From positions 3,554,275 to 3,618,274 of the forward strand of contig CAJINV010000009.1 in the NCBI GenBank assembly GCA_905178155.1: 64,000 nt of DNA. Reading direction: 5' to 3'. A program made the position numbers and the translations under genes. Position 1 is the stretch's first letter. Each line of letters starts with the position of its first letter. The DNA comes from Amoebophrya sp. A120. Its lineage: Eukaryota > Protista > Dinoflagellata. The notes below the pieces were generated by a model. That model saw only the letters and a list, made by a program, of their open reading frames with translations, ran no database searches and was not told the origin of the DNA. Shown here piece after piece: positions 39,501 through 53,312 of the stretch.

Positions 39501-42500
39501 ATTGGCTTCATAATCGACACCATCAAGCTGCTTCGCATGACAAATTCTCAGAGGGCCAAACAGGCTGACGCTCTGTTCCAAATCTGTCATACGAGACACG
39601 CTAGGTCAACACCCCGTTCACTTTTACCATTCTTGCATTACAAATGCATGTAACAGTTGAGAATGTAACAGTTGAGAGCACCATATGAACCTGTTATCGG
39701 ATGAGGACAATGGCGAAACAATGTTGGACAGTGACGACCCGAGGACGAGCGATGGTCATGGCCGTGGTCAAAATAGAAGAAAAAATGTCAACAGCGACAC
39801 CTCTTCCTCTGACGAATTCGATGCGAATTTGGACCAGTTTTCGGACGAATTCGATGATGAGGATGAAGAGGATATCAATCCTGACAATGACAACGATTCT
39901 CTGATTTCCTGCTCCACACTGCAAGTAGGAACTACGAATGGTCGCGATGATGACACCAGCGAGTATGGGACTCTCAAACGTTACATTCTCAACTGTTGTA
40001 TGAATTTCTCATGCAAAAGTACCTTAAGCCAGCAGATGATCGAGCGGCTTCGCATGACAAATGTCGGAAGGGCTAAACAGCATCTAAATCTGCGCCAAAC
40101 TTGTAATGCAGAAGGCGCAATCTTCCTCCTTTCACTTTTGCCAGTCTTGCATTACAAATTCATGTATACAGTTGAGAATGTAACATTTGAGAACTCCATA
40201 GCGAGGATGAAATAAGACACCCCTACTACAACGTGGAAAACCCGTATCCTGAGAAAAAAGTGATACAGTTACACATTGTGTTGCAGGCCAAGCAAGACAG
40301 ACAAGCTCTGTCATGCCGGATATGCATAGTAGCCTCCTTTCATAGGTGCTTTCCCGTAGGATTTCTGCATTGCAAGTTTTCTCTCTCATGCAGAGAAATT
40401 TGTGTTGCTGAATTGACATACAAATGTGTAACTGTAACACTTTTTTCGTAGGATAACCCGCGGTTGCAGCGGTTTGTCAAGTGGATTGATCGATGTAAAG
40501 GAGCAGCTTCAACATCAACAGCACCAGCACGACCCTCTAGCAGCAAAACCAAACTCTCGAAAAAGCAACGCCAGGAACTGGAGTTGAAGAAGAAGCTCGC
40601 GTTCGCCAGTCAGAAACAACTAAGGAAGATGCTAAAGCGGGATTTCTTCGAGGAATCCTATACGACAGTGAAAACAAGCGAGGATCAGGTGATCGTGCAG
40701 CCCAGTCCGCCGGTGGTCCAGCGGGTTAGCAGTAAGAGGAAAAGCAGCTTGAAAAAATCACCGTCGAAGGAGAAGGTTGCAATGGCGAAAGTTGTGGAAG
40801 GAAATGAAGGAGGGGCTGGCGCGGCAGCATCGTCATCATCCGGAGCCGGAATTCCTCTGCAAACGGACAGCACAAGCGCCGCTGGGGCCGCACATCAAAC
40901 TGGTGCAGACGACACTTCTAATCAAGCCCGCACGTCTGCAGTTTCCGCCGCTACCAGCAGTCAAATGCACTTCAACGAAAACCGCACTTCTGCGATATCC
41001 CACACGTCCTCTACGTCGACCCACAGAATGAGCGAGAGTTTCGTGTTTCACAGCTTGGACGGGGCGATAAACACGAGGTCCAATTCGAATTTGGATGGTA
41101 ACACGACGACGAACATCGTCAATCTTGTTGCGCAGGAACAATCTACCGCTCCCGCCGCTGCATCAGCACCCGCACCTCCCGGAACAATACCTGCAGCACT
41201 TTCCTCGCAGACGGACGCTGAAACGAGCGAGAATGAGGGAACAACGAAGGCTCACCTGCAAGAAGGAACGCACGAGAAGATGATTCCCACCCGCAGGAAA
41301 AGGAAAAAAAACGAAAAGGTGATGAAACCCTCGCCCGAACAGGAGACGATAGAAACCAGGTGGAATTACGGCGCGGAGAAGCTATATGGAAGTGTCAGAA
41401 TCGAAATTGACAAAATCGAAAAAGTTGTGATGCATGAAATCGATACCAGTTGGAGCCTCAGTTTCCAAGTGGCGCATGACAAATTTCGGGAGCACCCAAA
41501 TCCAGTCTGTCATGCTGTTTGGACAAAGAAGACTGCTCCTGTCATGCTAACTACTCTGGCAGCACATTGCATACCCCTAAACAGGCTTGCAATCGGTCTC
41601 ATTTGCCTGCTCCCCAATACAGGCCTTCAGTGCCCTACATTTTTTGCATCACAAGTGTTTCGATTTTGTCGATTTCGATCCTGACACACCCATAAGCTAA
41701 CGGAGAATTTGGATTCTAGCAATTTAGCGAATCTCGGGTTGATTCTAGCGGACAAGCAAACGAAAGCGGGGAAGAAGTACGGGGCGGAGGAGACTAGGAA
41801 GAAATTGCTGGAGGAAAAAAGGCGGTTTTTGCTGGAGCAGGAGAGGCTCGCGAACCAAGAAGAAGACGACGGGAGCTACGATTGGATCTGTAGCAGTCAG
41901 AAGTGGCTGAGCGGGAACGACAGCATTTTGGATTTGCCAGCGGGCGTCGAGTCCTTGCACCACTTGGATGACAAGATCCTGCAGCGCAGGATGCTGAGTA
42001 AGGGGAAGAGGAAGAGTAGCAAGGACAGCGGGAAGATGAAAATCGGAGCGGGAGCAGGAAAAACAAGTACAACAACGATCGGGGGAAACAAGCAAGAGGA
42101 CAGTGCGAATAAAGTGGACGTCGAAGAGGACGAGTACATAGAAGACGTGGAATACGCAAGGAACAAGCCGAAGCCGTTTCCGCCACCACACCTAGTTCCG
42201 ATTTTACTGAAGCATTTGAGCAATCAAATGCACGCAGATGCGGACAATTTGAATATCAACAGTAATTCTGGTTTATTACCGGCTACAATTGCCACAACGA
42301 CTTCGAGCATTCGCGTCGCCGGCAGTGGTCCTCTGTCGCCTTCGGCGGGAGGTGCTGGCACTATGGGTCTTTTAGCCGGGAACAATGTACCAGCATCTGA
42401 CGTAGTACTAGATCAACATCAACAGCAAAAGTCCGCGCTGTTGGAGCAGCAGAGCTACACCTTGATCACAAAATTGTACCTCGAGGAACGGTATGCAATG

Positions 42501-43398
42501 CAAAAGTATCGTAGTAGTATAAATTGCATTTTTACAAATTTGCTCAGCATTACAAATGGAATTTGTAATGCGTATTTGCCTTAAGAAAAAAATTCAAATT
42601 TGTGATGCATAAAAGCAATTAGTACGAGTACGATTCTTTTGCACAGGATAAACGGAATCTTGTCGGGATGTTTAAGCAGAAGCAGAAGGAGGCCCGGCTC
42701 GCCCTGAAACAGGTCCGGCAGGTATCACAGGAAAAAGTGTTAACGGTAACGAAATTTGTGATGCAGTACAGCATTACAAAAGCAAAACGTGCCCAAATTT
42801 GTTATGTATAACATGCGTGCTGGGCAAAATTTGTCATGCTTATTTGCAATCCATGAAAACCGTTAAGGTTATACACTTTTTTGCTTGATAGCAGGTGGAG
42901 AAAAGGATTTTGAAACTCCGGGTGAAGGAGGCGAGGAGACAGAAGATATCAAATGTAAAAATGTCTGGGTCTGGAACAAAGCAACTTGTCATGCTAAATC
43001 TGAATCATGTAAAAATCTGTGTTGCATGATTACCAAAAGCTGTCCACTTTTGACCTAATCGCGAGGCAGTTTCTCATGCAGGATAGGCATGATAGAACTC
43101 TCACAGAATCTGTCATGCTATGTCCTTCATACCAAACCTCATGGATCATGGAAAACCTGCATGGCAAGTCTGGCATTCTTCCAGACCCAGACCTTTTTGC
43201 AGTTGATAGAAGAAAATCGTGAACAAATTGAGCGAGTATTACAACAGCTGCAGGGAAAAGAATCTTCACTCGGGTGGTGCAGCTAGCGGTGGAGAAGAGG
43301 ATGCTGGTGCAGCTGCGAAGAGTTCTTCCAATGATCTGGCTGCCGACACGGGAATCAACGTGGACACGGATGAACAGACCGCTGTTGCTGGGATATAG
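36555..43398 (+). CDS. Voltage-gated potassium channel (Kv-type) with long low-complexity C-terminus
   Basis: S4 ALRVLRIFRLMKILR; spliced pore WWAVVTMTTVGYGD; S6 MLSGILVISMPAAIIGSKF. Frame is continuous through 11 introners to TAG at 43396-43398. Confidence 0.92.
36967..37075. mobile_element. Introner family G
   Basis: TSD GACCC. Confidence 0.9.
38079..38340. mobile_element. Introner family A inside the K+ pore helix
   Basis: TSD CGGTG; join WWAVVTMTTVGYGD. Confidence 0.93.
38430..38590. mobile_element. Introner family B (diverged)
   Basis: TSD TGAGC; join MLSGIL. Confidence 0.87.
39152..39368. mobile_element. Introner family H
   Basis: Near-perfect TIR; flanks CAGAA/CATCA. Confidence 0.87.
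39448..39685. mobile_element. Introner family C
   Basis: TSD TGCAC/TGAAC. Confidence 0.87.
39964..40200. mobile_element. Introner family C
   Basis: TSD GCGAG. Confidence 0.9.
40245..40455. mobile_element. Introner, J-related
   Basis: TSD ACCCG; TIR TATCCT..GAAAAAAGTG.TACAGTTACA. Confidence 0.88.
41385..41694. mobile_element. Introner family F (TIR with TCAG.ATCGAAAT.GACAAA)
   Basis: TSD AGCTA. Confidence 0.88.
42492..42650. mobile_element. Introner family B
   Basis: TSD AACGG. Confidence 0.9.
42723..42890. mobile_element. Introner, J-related
   Basis: TSD GCAGG, which yields GT-AG ends. Confidence 0.87.
42947..43208. mobile_element. Introner family A
   Basis: TSD GAAGA. Confidence 0.9.
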
Positions 43399-44096
43399 CA
43401 GGGGAACAGCAACTCCGCGGCATAGCGAAGAAGAAAATCACAGGCTTCAGCCTCTAGTGTAAAAGCCACGGCGGAGGTACGAAGTGTGGCTGTCACGGGC
43501 GCAGGCGGACCGTGACAGTTGTAGCGGTCTCCAGGTCGACCTCCGGGTCCGCGTCCTCCGGTGCTTTCATTCTGGAGTAGGGGCCGCGACTGTGTCGATG
43601 AAGATGATGCCTTTGTCAAGTTAGATCCACGCGAGAAGATAGCAGTGGTGGTTCATAGGTCATCTTCCGTGGAACAAAACTAAACAACACAAGCATGAAT
43701 TAGCGCTGACATACTTCTTGGTCGGAAACAACTCGAATGGCATTTTTGAAATTATAATTATTTCTGCAATCGCAAAACTTGTTCTTGTTACCACAAGTTG
43801 ATGTTTATTTCATGTTTTTCCATGTGGAATCTTGTTCCTATTTTTGGCAGCGAAGTTGTAGAAGATCAGCATCAGAGTCAGCCAGTTCAAGAGTTTGATT
43901 CTTCGCTGGATGGATCCGTCGTGGAAGCAGCCTGTTGGTATGGATCGTTTTCTCACGCCAGCAACTACCGTTTTGTTCACACTTGCGTGTGCCTTAGATG
44001 AAATTAATTAGCGTGTAGTGTTATTCCACATCCACCTAGTACTTCTACTTGCTCCGTTCAACTTCGATGTAGCCGCGTCTACCAGAACGAACCAAA

Positions 44097-45781
44097 ATGA
44101 CCTCCGAAATCGCCCATCTTCTGGCGGATGATACAACCTTCCAGTTTTCCCGATACATCGTCCCCAGCGAGACCAACTATTGTGAGGAAAATTATCCCCT
44201 CCCCATACCTAAAAGGCACGTTTCCGAAAATTTGTGTTGCTGATTTGAGACCACAAATCGCGTCTGTCTTGCAAGAAGACAAGTGCGGAGGCTTCCCCGC
44301 CATTATGGAAGCGATTTGGCATGCAGCTGTTGCGCCTAGGGGGCAGCCGTTTCATGCAATGCTGAGCGACTAGTAGACCCAACGCCCCTACTTAGGCCGA
44401 GGATCTGGCTGCGATGCCTTGCTGCAAGACAAATCGGATTTGTGTACGCAAATCCAGCACCAGAAGTTTCGTTTTGATATGGGGAGGGGGAGTATTTCCT
44501 TTTGATACCAACCCGGATCAAGTTTTACGAATCTTCGCCTACGGGACGATAACTGATGCATTCGCACAAAATTTCCTGCCCCAGCTTCCGCCAAACGCGG
44601 TGAAGAAACTCCGGCTATTAACCCTCGTCAACATCGCGAGTAGACAGACCGAAGTCCCGATTGCAAAACTGGCGCAACAATTGTTTCTATCAAACAAAAA
44701 AAGTTCGTCACGATCACTCATGCGCATTTTTGCAATACAAAACTGTCTGTCATGCGTAAAAATGCATCACAGCCAAACTTCATAAGGGATTTCCCTAGTG
44801 TTTCTGCAATACAAGAAAAACCTGTGATGCTGGAAAAATTTCTCATGCAAAACCTGCACGTTAGTAACTGTGACAAACTTTCTTCTTTCCATAGTTTCCC
44901 GAAGTGGATTGCAGGCAGGAGCTCCAACAGCAGCAGACGCCGGTATTTTTACACGGCGTTTCTCCGGCTTTGGATGAACAAGAGCGAGCGGAGCAAATGA
45001 TGGACGCCGTTGAGGAGCTGATCCGGGAAGCGATCCAGAAAGGGTTTCTCACTGGCAAGATTTCGCATATCAAATGCAAAAATGTCTGGGTCTGGAAGAT
45101 GGATAGGTTTGTCATGCAGGTTTTCCATGACCCACGCGGTCTGCCATGCACGGCCTAGCATGACAGGTTCTGTGAGATCTCTATCATGCCGTTCCTGCAT
45201 GAGAAACTGCCTCTAAACTTGTTCAAAGCATGGACCTCTTTTGGTAATCATGCAACACAAATTTTTCCACGATCCAGATGTAGCATGACAAGTTACACTC
45301 TTGCAGACCCAGACATATTTGCATTTGGTATCGCACACAAGAAACGCACTACTCGTGTCCGCGGTGCATCTCGCGTATGAAAGCCTCAGAATGGAAATCC
45401 TCAAAGTGGAAATGATTTGTGATGCATGAAATGCGACGCAAAAAAGACTGTATTGCAGGGACCCAATGGAGGCCGACAACTGTCCTGCTAGGGGTGAAGA
45501 GTTGGAGTGCTGCTTAGCACGAGAGAAGGGCACCCCTTTGACTCAAACTGCATGACAGACATGCTTTAAGTGCCCGTTAAATTTCTCATGCGCCGGGTAC
45601 AAATGCCACTTCAACTGAAGTCGTTTTTTTGCATTACAAATTATTTCCACTTTGAGGATTTCGATTCTGAGTCTTTCATATCGCGAGGGACGTGGAAAAG
45701 CGCGAGATTGCGAATCTCATTCGCGTTTTGAGCAAATGGCGGGAGAGGTGCGACGAAACGGTGGGAGGGCTGACGGATTGA
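44097..45781 (+). CDS. PCI-domain protein, COP9 signalosome subunit 7-like
   Basis: Spliced VLRIFAYGT..LPQLPPNAVKKLRLLTLV..VEELIREAIQKGFLTGKISH..ARDV..LSKWRERC; four introners. Confidence 0.75.
44178..44507. mobile_element. Introner family D
   Basis: TSD CCAAC. Confidence 0.87.
44688..44893. mobile_element. Introner family E
   Basis: TSD GTTTC. Confidence 0.88.
45068..45330. mobile_element. Introner family A
   Basis: TSD TCGCA. Confidence 0.9.
45376..45680. mobile_element. Introner family F
   Basis: TSD TCGCG; TIR TATGAAAG.CTCAGAAT.GAAATCCTCAAAGTGGAAAT. Confidence 0.9.
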
Positions 45782-46857
45782 TAGAACAAGATCTTCATCC
45801 TCTTGGGGCTCCTGGTTGATGATCCCTAAATGCAAATCCTAAACCCTTCATCGCAATGAAACTCTCTAGTACCAACGACATGCTCTGCTTCTTGTGCTTG
45901 ACGACACTCACAGATTTGAAGCTTGTATTGGAGTTCTCCACGCATTTTTTATCGCACAAACATCAACAGCAACTCGTGAACTCCTAAGGAAGCACAAAAG
46001 CAGCATGAGTTTTGCTGACGCTCTTGCACTGCTGTCTTCACCGAAGATGGTCGTGATCGTGAAAAAGTGTTCGCTCGAAAGCCATGAATTTGAAACAGTT
46101 TCAAAACAACATGAGTACAACCAGCCTCAACCTGAATCGGTCCAGAGGGTCGTGAAAAGAAAGCACAACTACATTGTATGCCAAGATTGGTACTACATCA
46201 AGCTGGTTTTTAGTGTTTGAAGTGAATGAATTTTCACAGTCCTAGGGAAAAAGGTCGTGGTCGTTTAGACGAAGATGGTTTGAGTACTATTCTTCTACTT
46301 CCTCATCTAGCGCTGCCACAGTGATCGTGTATACTTCATGCATCGTTTTTGGCAGGGCGTTGGCCTCATCAAACAGGAACTGCACTTCGTCAAGGTCGTC
46401 GTAAAAACTACTTCTGATCGTTATCAATCGCCAATCTTCGCACTGCGTCGCAGGACCACATTTTCTGTTTTCCTCGTAGAGCACCCTTCATCGGAGGCTC
46501 TATGCCTCTAAGGGTACGTCGATCCGTATAATTCGATGGTAGCTTGTGCATGTAGGAGCATAGGGTTAGGGATAGGCATAGCAATCTTTCCATATCTACC
46601 TATCCAAGTCCATTGATTGTTTTGTGCCACTGGCACTGGTATCTTCAAAAAACAAGTAGAAAAGCAAAAGGTGGAATTCATTGGTTCTGGTCGCTTCTTC
46701 TACCAAGGAGCTTATGCCTACGGTAGAAATACTATGGACCGGCATTTTTACTCCGGCGCGAACTCGCTCTGGAGGAGCGCCAGTTGTACAAAATAAACCC
46801 TTCACCTTCTATTAGCTTCATAAGCTTACCGCTCATTATCCTCAAGTCCAGACAATC

Positions 46858-49800
46858 ATGCCCGGTCTCGACGACGACGATGGTCCGAGCCCTGCTGCGC
46901 GTCCCACCCGCGGCGGCGGCGGCGGTATCATCCAGAAGTCGAAGACCTTCGCGTTAAAACTCGGGAAATCACGCACCTTCGCGTTGGGCGGCGCCGATGG
47001 CGAGGTGGACCCTTATGACAAGAAGCTCCAGCAACTCCAATCCGAGTACCGCGGGCCGAGTCGGGCGGCCCGGTTAGCAACCCGGTTTAAGAGGGAAAGG
47101 GAGAAGGCGGAGGCGGCGTTTCAAGCGCGGCGGATTCGGGCGCTGCGGATTTTGGATCACCCCTTGTTCGAAGGTGTGGTTTTCCTCGCAATCATCGTGA
47201 ATGCGGTGTGGATGGGCTTCGACACCGCGAGGCTGGAGGAGACCGAGGGAGATGAGGAGGCCAGCAGACCATTTTACTTCATGATCATCGACACGCTGTT
47301 TATCCTAGTGTTCGGGGCGGAATTGGTGATCCGGATCCAGACCTACAAGAAGATGTTTCGGGACTTCTGGGATTGCCCCGTGATGAAATGGTGGAACCGT
47401 TTGGAGTCGATTCTGCTCCTGCTCTACATGGTCGACTCCTTCGCTCCCGCGGGGAGTTTAGACGGAGTTAAAGGGTTGTCGGTGCTGCGGTTGGGTCGGG
47501 TGACGAGGCTCGGAAAACTGTTGCGCGTCATCCCCGGGTTTGACATCATTCTTGGCACTTTCATGGAGGGGCTGTCGCACATGATTGCGGCCTTAATGAT
47601 TTTGATACTGTTCATCTACGCCGGGGCGATGCTGTTGACGATTTGGTACTACCAAGTGATGAGTTCAAATTTGCGGGACGACTTCGAGCCGATATGCGGG
47701 GCCCTGTCGACTTCGATGTTCACCACGTTCAAAATGCTCACACTGAATGATGAAGGTATAGGGATGAAATAAACTTGCCGTGATGTTGCGCATCCTCCGC
47801 ACCAGGAACACAGAATTGTTTTGCTTTTGACGAGCAAGAAGAGGTGCAACACAAAGAACGCAGCGCATTGTACTAGTCATGGACAACTCTGGCTTCTAGT
47901 ACACCCTGCTGATGATGTTTTTCCGTCGTCTTCAACATCACAAATATAAATCTGTCCAGGTATTACCGCCTTGCAGCGTATTCTCACCCACCGCGAAGTT
48001 TCCTCCCTAGAGTCCACCGTCATGCTGTTAATTCTCGGGTCCTACATGGCAACGGGCGGGCTGACCATTCTGAACATTCTAGTCGGGATCTATGTCGACG
48101 TTGTGGACCAGGTCCGGCAGAGGGAGTACGACTTAGACACCATGGAGAAACTGATCGACATTTTTCACCTGATCGACGTGAAAGGCACCGGCACGATCAC
48201 CCGCGAGGGCTTTCGGGAGCTGAAGCGGTACGTCGATAAAGGGATGCAGGTGGACTTGGATCTCGAGCTGCTGGAGTTAGGATTTGACCTCCTGGAATTA
48301 GAACGGGAAGAATTTCTCAAACACCGCATATGCACTGCAAAAGTATCGTCCTAGTATGAATTGCATCACAAATTGACTTAGCATTGCAGATTTAATTTGT
48401 AATGGATGCGGATTTGCCTTAGAGAAAAGATTTGTAACGCGTCATTCTCATTGCAATTGGTACAACGACGAGACAAATCCGATACTTTTGCAATGCATAC
48501 CGGAACCGTTTAGGCAATGTCGACGCGGAGCACCGAGCGGCGGAGCGCGCGGAGCACGGAGGACAGCCGAGCAGCCCGGGTGGGTCGCAGGGGAATAAAA
48601 ACGGGTCATCTTCAAACGATATTCACAAGGAATACTACCAGACCAGTACGTCGCTGCACGAAATGAACTTGCCGCAGTTTCTGAAGATTGGGTTCAAATT
48701 ACTGCACCCGATAGAATCGCAGGAGGTGCTGTCGATTCACAAGAATGTCTGCTCTTTGCTGAAGCTCCTGGACGCTTTGCACTACGACATGCTGAATAAG
48801 ACCCCGATGCTGAATTACGCGGCCGGCGAGTCGCTGAAGAAGTACAAAATGGACATCATGAAGGGAAAAGTGAAGGAAAACCCAAGTTGGACGGAAAAAG
48901 AGAAGGAAATGAACTTCCGGAAACTCGCACAGTACCCGATCCTCTACCCCGCCGGGTCGATCCAGCACGCGGTGCAGCATCCGCTCAACGAGTTATCCTG
49001 TGCAAAAGCATCGTATTCGTATTGCAATCATGCATTACAAATCTTTTTCTTCGGGTAAATTCGCATTACAAATTTTATTTCTCATGCTGAGGAACTTTGT
49101 CATGCATTTATACGAATACGATACTTTTGCAGTTCATACGAGTGCGCACGGTACAAGGAAAACATCCAGTTGAGACGCCACAAGCAGGAGATGATGCAGG
49201 CAAGCGAGAAGCGGGATGCGGAATTGCTGTTTATGGACTGCTATGAATTGCAAAAGTATCGTACTCGTACAGATTGCAGTCTGGCATGACAAATCTAACT
49301 TTCTACCTCCTTCAGCATGGCAAACTGCGTTTTTGTTTTTGCGAAATGAATTTGTCATGCGATTTATACTAGTATACGATGCTTTTGCAATGCATAACTG
49401 CTTGGAATCGCGCGATCCGGATTTGTTTGTGAAATCGCGAGAAGATATGAAAGTGCACAACAACTCCCATTCCCCCTGTCATTTGTATTGCATGGACAGC
49501 AATACAAACATCAGCACACATGGAGCCTGTGCATGACAAATTCATACGCCTAGTGTAGTACTGTTTGGGATTCCGGATCCGGAAATTGTCATGCAAACAG
49601 TGCCACAGGGAAGCGCTTGGATTTGGGGTTTTGCATGACAAATGAGGTGGAGCGGGAGTAGTTGTGCACTCTCATAGAAGACTACAACCCCGACGATGTG
49701 ATCAACAATCCGTTCACTTATGAAATGCAAAAGCATCGTACTAGTATAAATCGCATGACAAATTTCCTGAGCATGAGAAATAAAATTTGTATTGCGGATT

Positions 49801-51810
49801 TAGCTTTAGAAAAAAATTTGCATGAAAGAATGCGATTTTTAGTACGAGTACGATACCTTTGCACATGATATCACCTCCCCCGTCGCGACAAGCCGGTGCG
49901 AGCCTTTGGCGGATCAGCTGGTAGCCGCGAAAGAGGGGAGGGTGGTAGACTTCAAGAAAACCGGGAAAGCCTCGATAAGTTCGGCGAAGGGCGCACCGCT
50001 GGGACTGCGGGTGGTTGGCTCAGTCGCCGCTCTGGCGACTGGGATGAAATCGGCGAAGATGAATAAAAAGAAAAAGGAAGAGGACCAAGAGGACGACGAG
50101 GCCGACGTGCCAGACTATGAGAGTGCACAAGTACTCCCCCTCCCCGTCGTTTGTCTTGCAAAGTACCAAACTCACACCTTGCTCGTAAGCACTGCTTGCA
50201 TGACAAATTTTGGAGGCTGAAATGGTACCACAGTCCGCACGCAGATTTGGTGTTTGTCATGCGGAAGCCCCTTTTCTGCTGTTGCTTGTGTTGCTGCTCA
50301 TGCCCTTCAAATGAGGAGGAGGGGGAGTTGTGCACACTGATACAGACATTTTCAAAACCAAAAAATCCTCGGACGGAGCAGATGGCGGGAAGAAGGGCAG
50401 TCCGCTCGGCGGAGGGAAAAAAAAGAAAACCGGGTTGGAGAACTTGGCGATGCTGAAAAAACAGGAAGAGGAAGCGAACGCGATCACCGGTGTTGTCACG
50501 TTTGAGGGCCTAGACGCTGTTCGGAAGAACATCGGTGGAGGAGGAGCAGATGATCCGGCAACTACGGGACAAGAAAACAATACCCAGCCGGACCAGATCA
50601 CGACCGAAAATCTTTTCGGCAGTCCAAACAAACCGGAGTTTGTCATACCCGATCGAGTATCAAATGCAAAAATGTCTGGGTCTGGAAGAGGAGAAGTTTG
50701 TCATGCACATTTTCCATGATCCATGATGTCTCTGTTGTATGCAATAGCATCACAGATTTTTTGAGCGCCTATCGGTATCGATGCGCGTCCTGCATGACAA
50801 ATGCCTTCTCCGCGTAGCCAAATTTGACTCCTCTTCTTGCTGCTCATGCAATACAGATTTTTTGAGCATCCAAATGCAGCATCACAAGTTTGGCTCTTCC
50901 AGACCCAGACATATTTGCAATCCATATCGAGACAGTCGCGGCGCGGAAGCGCTGCCGGCCCAGTTGACTTCGGCGAGCCTGAAGCAAATCCCCCTGAAAA
51001 AATCCAGTTTGGAAGCGAGCTTGCCGGCGGCGATAAAACTACCCGCACAGGAACAAGAGGGACCTATAGAGCACATCCCCTTCGCGGGGCTGACCGGCGG
51101 CGACGCTGCTCCACTGTCCCCCACTGCTGCGCCGTCAATGTCGACGTCAAAACCGCTACAGGGGATGAGTAAAGAGGCGGACAACGCCCAAGCGAAGAAA
51201 CCCGTATTCGGGAACAAGAAAGTGCCCCCGGTGCCGCTGAGTGTGCAAACTAACGGGGAACAAGCGAACTCGTCCGCGAGCTATCCAAGAAAAAAAATGC
51301 GTTAGTGTAACTTTCTTGGAGGAACAGCATCACAGATTTGTTTTGCATGACAGAGAGAGCCTGTCATGCGCGGCTAGTACGTGAAAATACGTACGAAAAG
51401 AGCCTCCGATGCATGTCCAGCATGACAGGTGTAACTGTTTTGCATTTTCTGCATCACAGACTTACACAGTTTTTTTTCTTGCATACGAGCCCAGAGGAGA
51501 TCAATCTCTCCTACAATTCCCCCGACGTGAACGGCGCCTATGCTGTGCAAAAGTATCGCAGTCGTATTGATCGCATTCATGCATTACAAATTTCTTTCTC
51601 AAGTTGAATCCGCATTACAAATTCTATTTCTCATGCTAAGGAGATTTGTCATGCGATTTATAATACTAGTGCGATATTACTTTTGCAGTTCATAGCGCCA
51701 ACGCAGCAGCCCGATCGCCGGGCACAAGTGCCTCTTCGCCCGAAGAGCGAGGGGCCAGTCCGTTTGGGAGGCTGGGAAAGCAGAACCCGCTGGAACGGTT
51801 GGGAAAATAG
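46858..51810 (+). CDS. Single-domain 6TM voltage-gated cation channel (Cav/Nav-like fold) with EF-hand
   Basis: S1 FEGVVFLAIIVNAVWMG; S4 VLRLGRVTRLGKLLR; S6 ILNILVGIYVD; EF-hand IDVKGTGTITREGF. GT-AG intron 47756-47959 plus nine introners. Confidence 0.85.
48329..48499. mobile_element. Introner family B
   Basis: TSD CCGCA/CCGGA. Confidence 0.85.
48994..49138. mobile_element. Introner family B
   Basis: TSD CGAGT. Confidence 0.9.
49242..49396. mobile_element. Introner family B
   Basis: TSD ACTGC. Confidence 0.9.
49446..49676. mobile_element. Introner family H
   Basis: TSD GAAGA. Confidence 0.88.
49719..49870. mobile_element. Introner family B
   Basis: TSD TCACT/TCACC. Confidence 0.87.
50116..50342. 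mobile_element. Introner family H
   Basis: TSD CAGAC. Confidence 0.88.
50658..50926. mobile_element. Introner family A
   Basis: TSD TCGAG. Confidence 0.9.
51282..51485. mobile_element. Introner family J
   Basis: TSD CGAGC. Confidence 0.88.
51539..51694. mobile_element. Introner family B
   Basis: TSD GCGCC. Confidence 0.88.
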
Positions 51811-53312
51811 TATGGAGGACGGTGCTGGAGTAGGTGGAGTTGTACTAAGTAGTAATGCTAATGTCATTCTGCTGAAGATGTAATAATTGTAAGCTAAAAC
51901 CTTTGCTAACAAGCCAAAAACCAGTTGAACAAACAAGGGAAAGCTTTCCTGATGTAAAATTGATTCAACATGATTGACCATTACTACAATAAAGTTGGTA
52001 TGTCTGCTGGATTTTTTGCAATAAATCAACAGTATGAACGCGTCGAGATGAAATTAAACCAGATAACGCGTCGAGATGCAATAAAGGCCCAGATGAACGC
52101 ACCAAACCAATGCGATGCTGTACCTCTTGCTTGCGTTTTCTGCAAATAAATTGGAACGAAAATATGTATAGCTATTCATAGTAGCACTAGCCCTCTCTGC
52201 AGGTCGTGGGGGCTTCTCTTCGTGCACGGTGTCAGGGGCCGCTGTTCTAACTCCATCCACTTGCTTGTAGCCTGATCCTCATAGCAGGTAAAGGTAATAT
52301 TAGGTAGTATGCGTATTGAGAAGTAATAACGTTAGTTGTGCGTTTACGTTTTACGCAGCTTTTTAAATGAGAGTGTGTCGGTTCAGATTCAGAATGCGAA
52401 TCATGTGGTCGCGCGACGCGCTTCGTCAGAGTGGATGTTGTCCAAAATGCTAGGGTGCTGGACATGATAGATTAGAAGGAAATGATAATGGGGTTCGTTG
52501 TATCTCACATCGAAAAAAAACTTCGGTCGGAGTTGTTACTAGACATCAAGAATCGGGGTTGTGAAACGAATAGCGAACGTCGGTGGGTGCGAGTAGATAT
52601 TACACCATTGTCGTCGGTTGATTTCTTCACATGAATGGACATATTTCATATTTGATTCTAGTCGGTATAGCCCTATACCGTATAGGGCGCATCTGCTTTT
52701 TGGTCCTCGTCAATGCAGCCGGGTCGGTGTCGTTAGATGGATTTCTGTCATGCGAAGAAAGAGAAAGATAAGTAGCGGGGCCATGATCATGTCCGTTCTC
52801 TGGGATGAAATAGGGATGAACTTCGTGGTAGTTTGTAGTTTTCGGTATCGGTCTGTTTATACCAACCTGCGTGTGTTTACTGATTCTGAACAACATGAGT
52901 ATTGGCTGTGCTATTCATACTGCAAATAAATCTTTTCCGACAAAAAATCTTACGCAGCCTCATTCATGACCCTCTTTCAATATATCATCCCCTGATAAAT
53001 TCGTTTTCATGTGCCAGCTTTCGAAGCAACCATAGTTGTAGTCTACCTATGAAAATAAAAAATTTAAAAAACTTGTAGGCGAATCGATTTTTTTAATAAA
53101 AGAGACGGAGCGATAAGCATTAAACCATAGGACGGCTTCTACCACGTCAATGGAGGAACCTCATTTCACCTGCAGGTTCTTGCTAGTCACGACTATGGCA
53201 CCATCCGAAAATTATTGAGCCTGCTCTCAAATAAAGTAAAACGAGAACATTACGACCGTGGCAACCGCAACATTGAAGAAGCAAGAGCGCGCATAAGAAT
53301 AATAAAACAAGA

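Noticed and set aside
45890-46810. Short ORFs between the CSN7-like gene and the first cation channel
   Set aside because: No recognisable motifs and no intron structure linking them.
4440-49875. TSD mismatches being always synonymous
   Set aside because: Five are synonymous (4445, 26638, 28790, 48329, 49719) but several are not (13503, 20364, 30643, 39448), so no clear rule.
52030-53000. Possible foreign or decayed gene in an intergenic stretch
   Set aside because: Frames are interrupted by stops and only a short AACGCGTCGAGATG duplication is visible; insufficient support.
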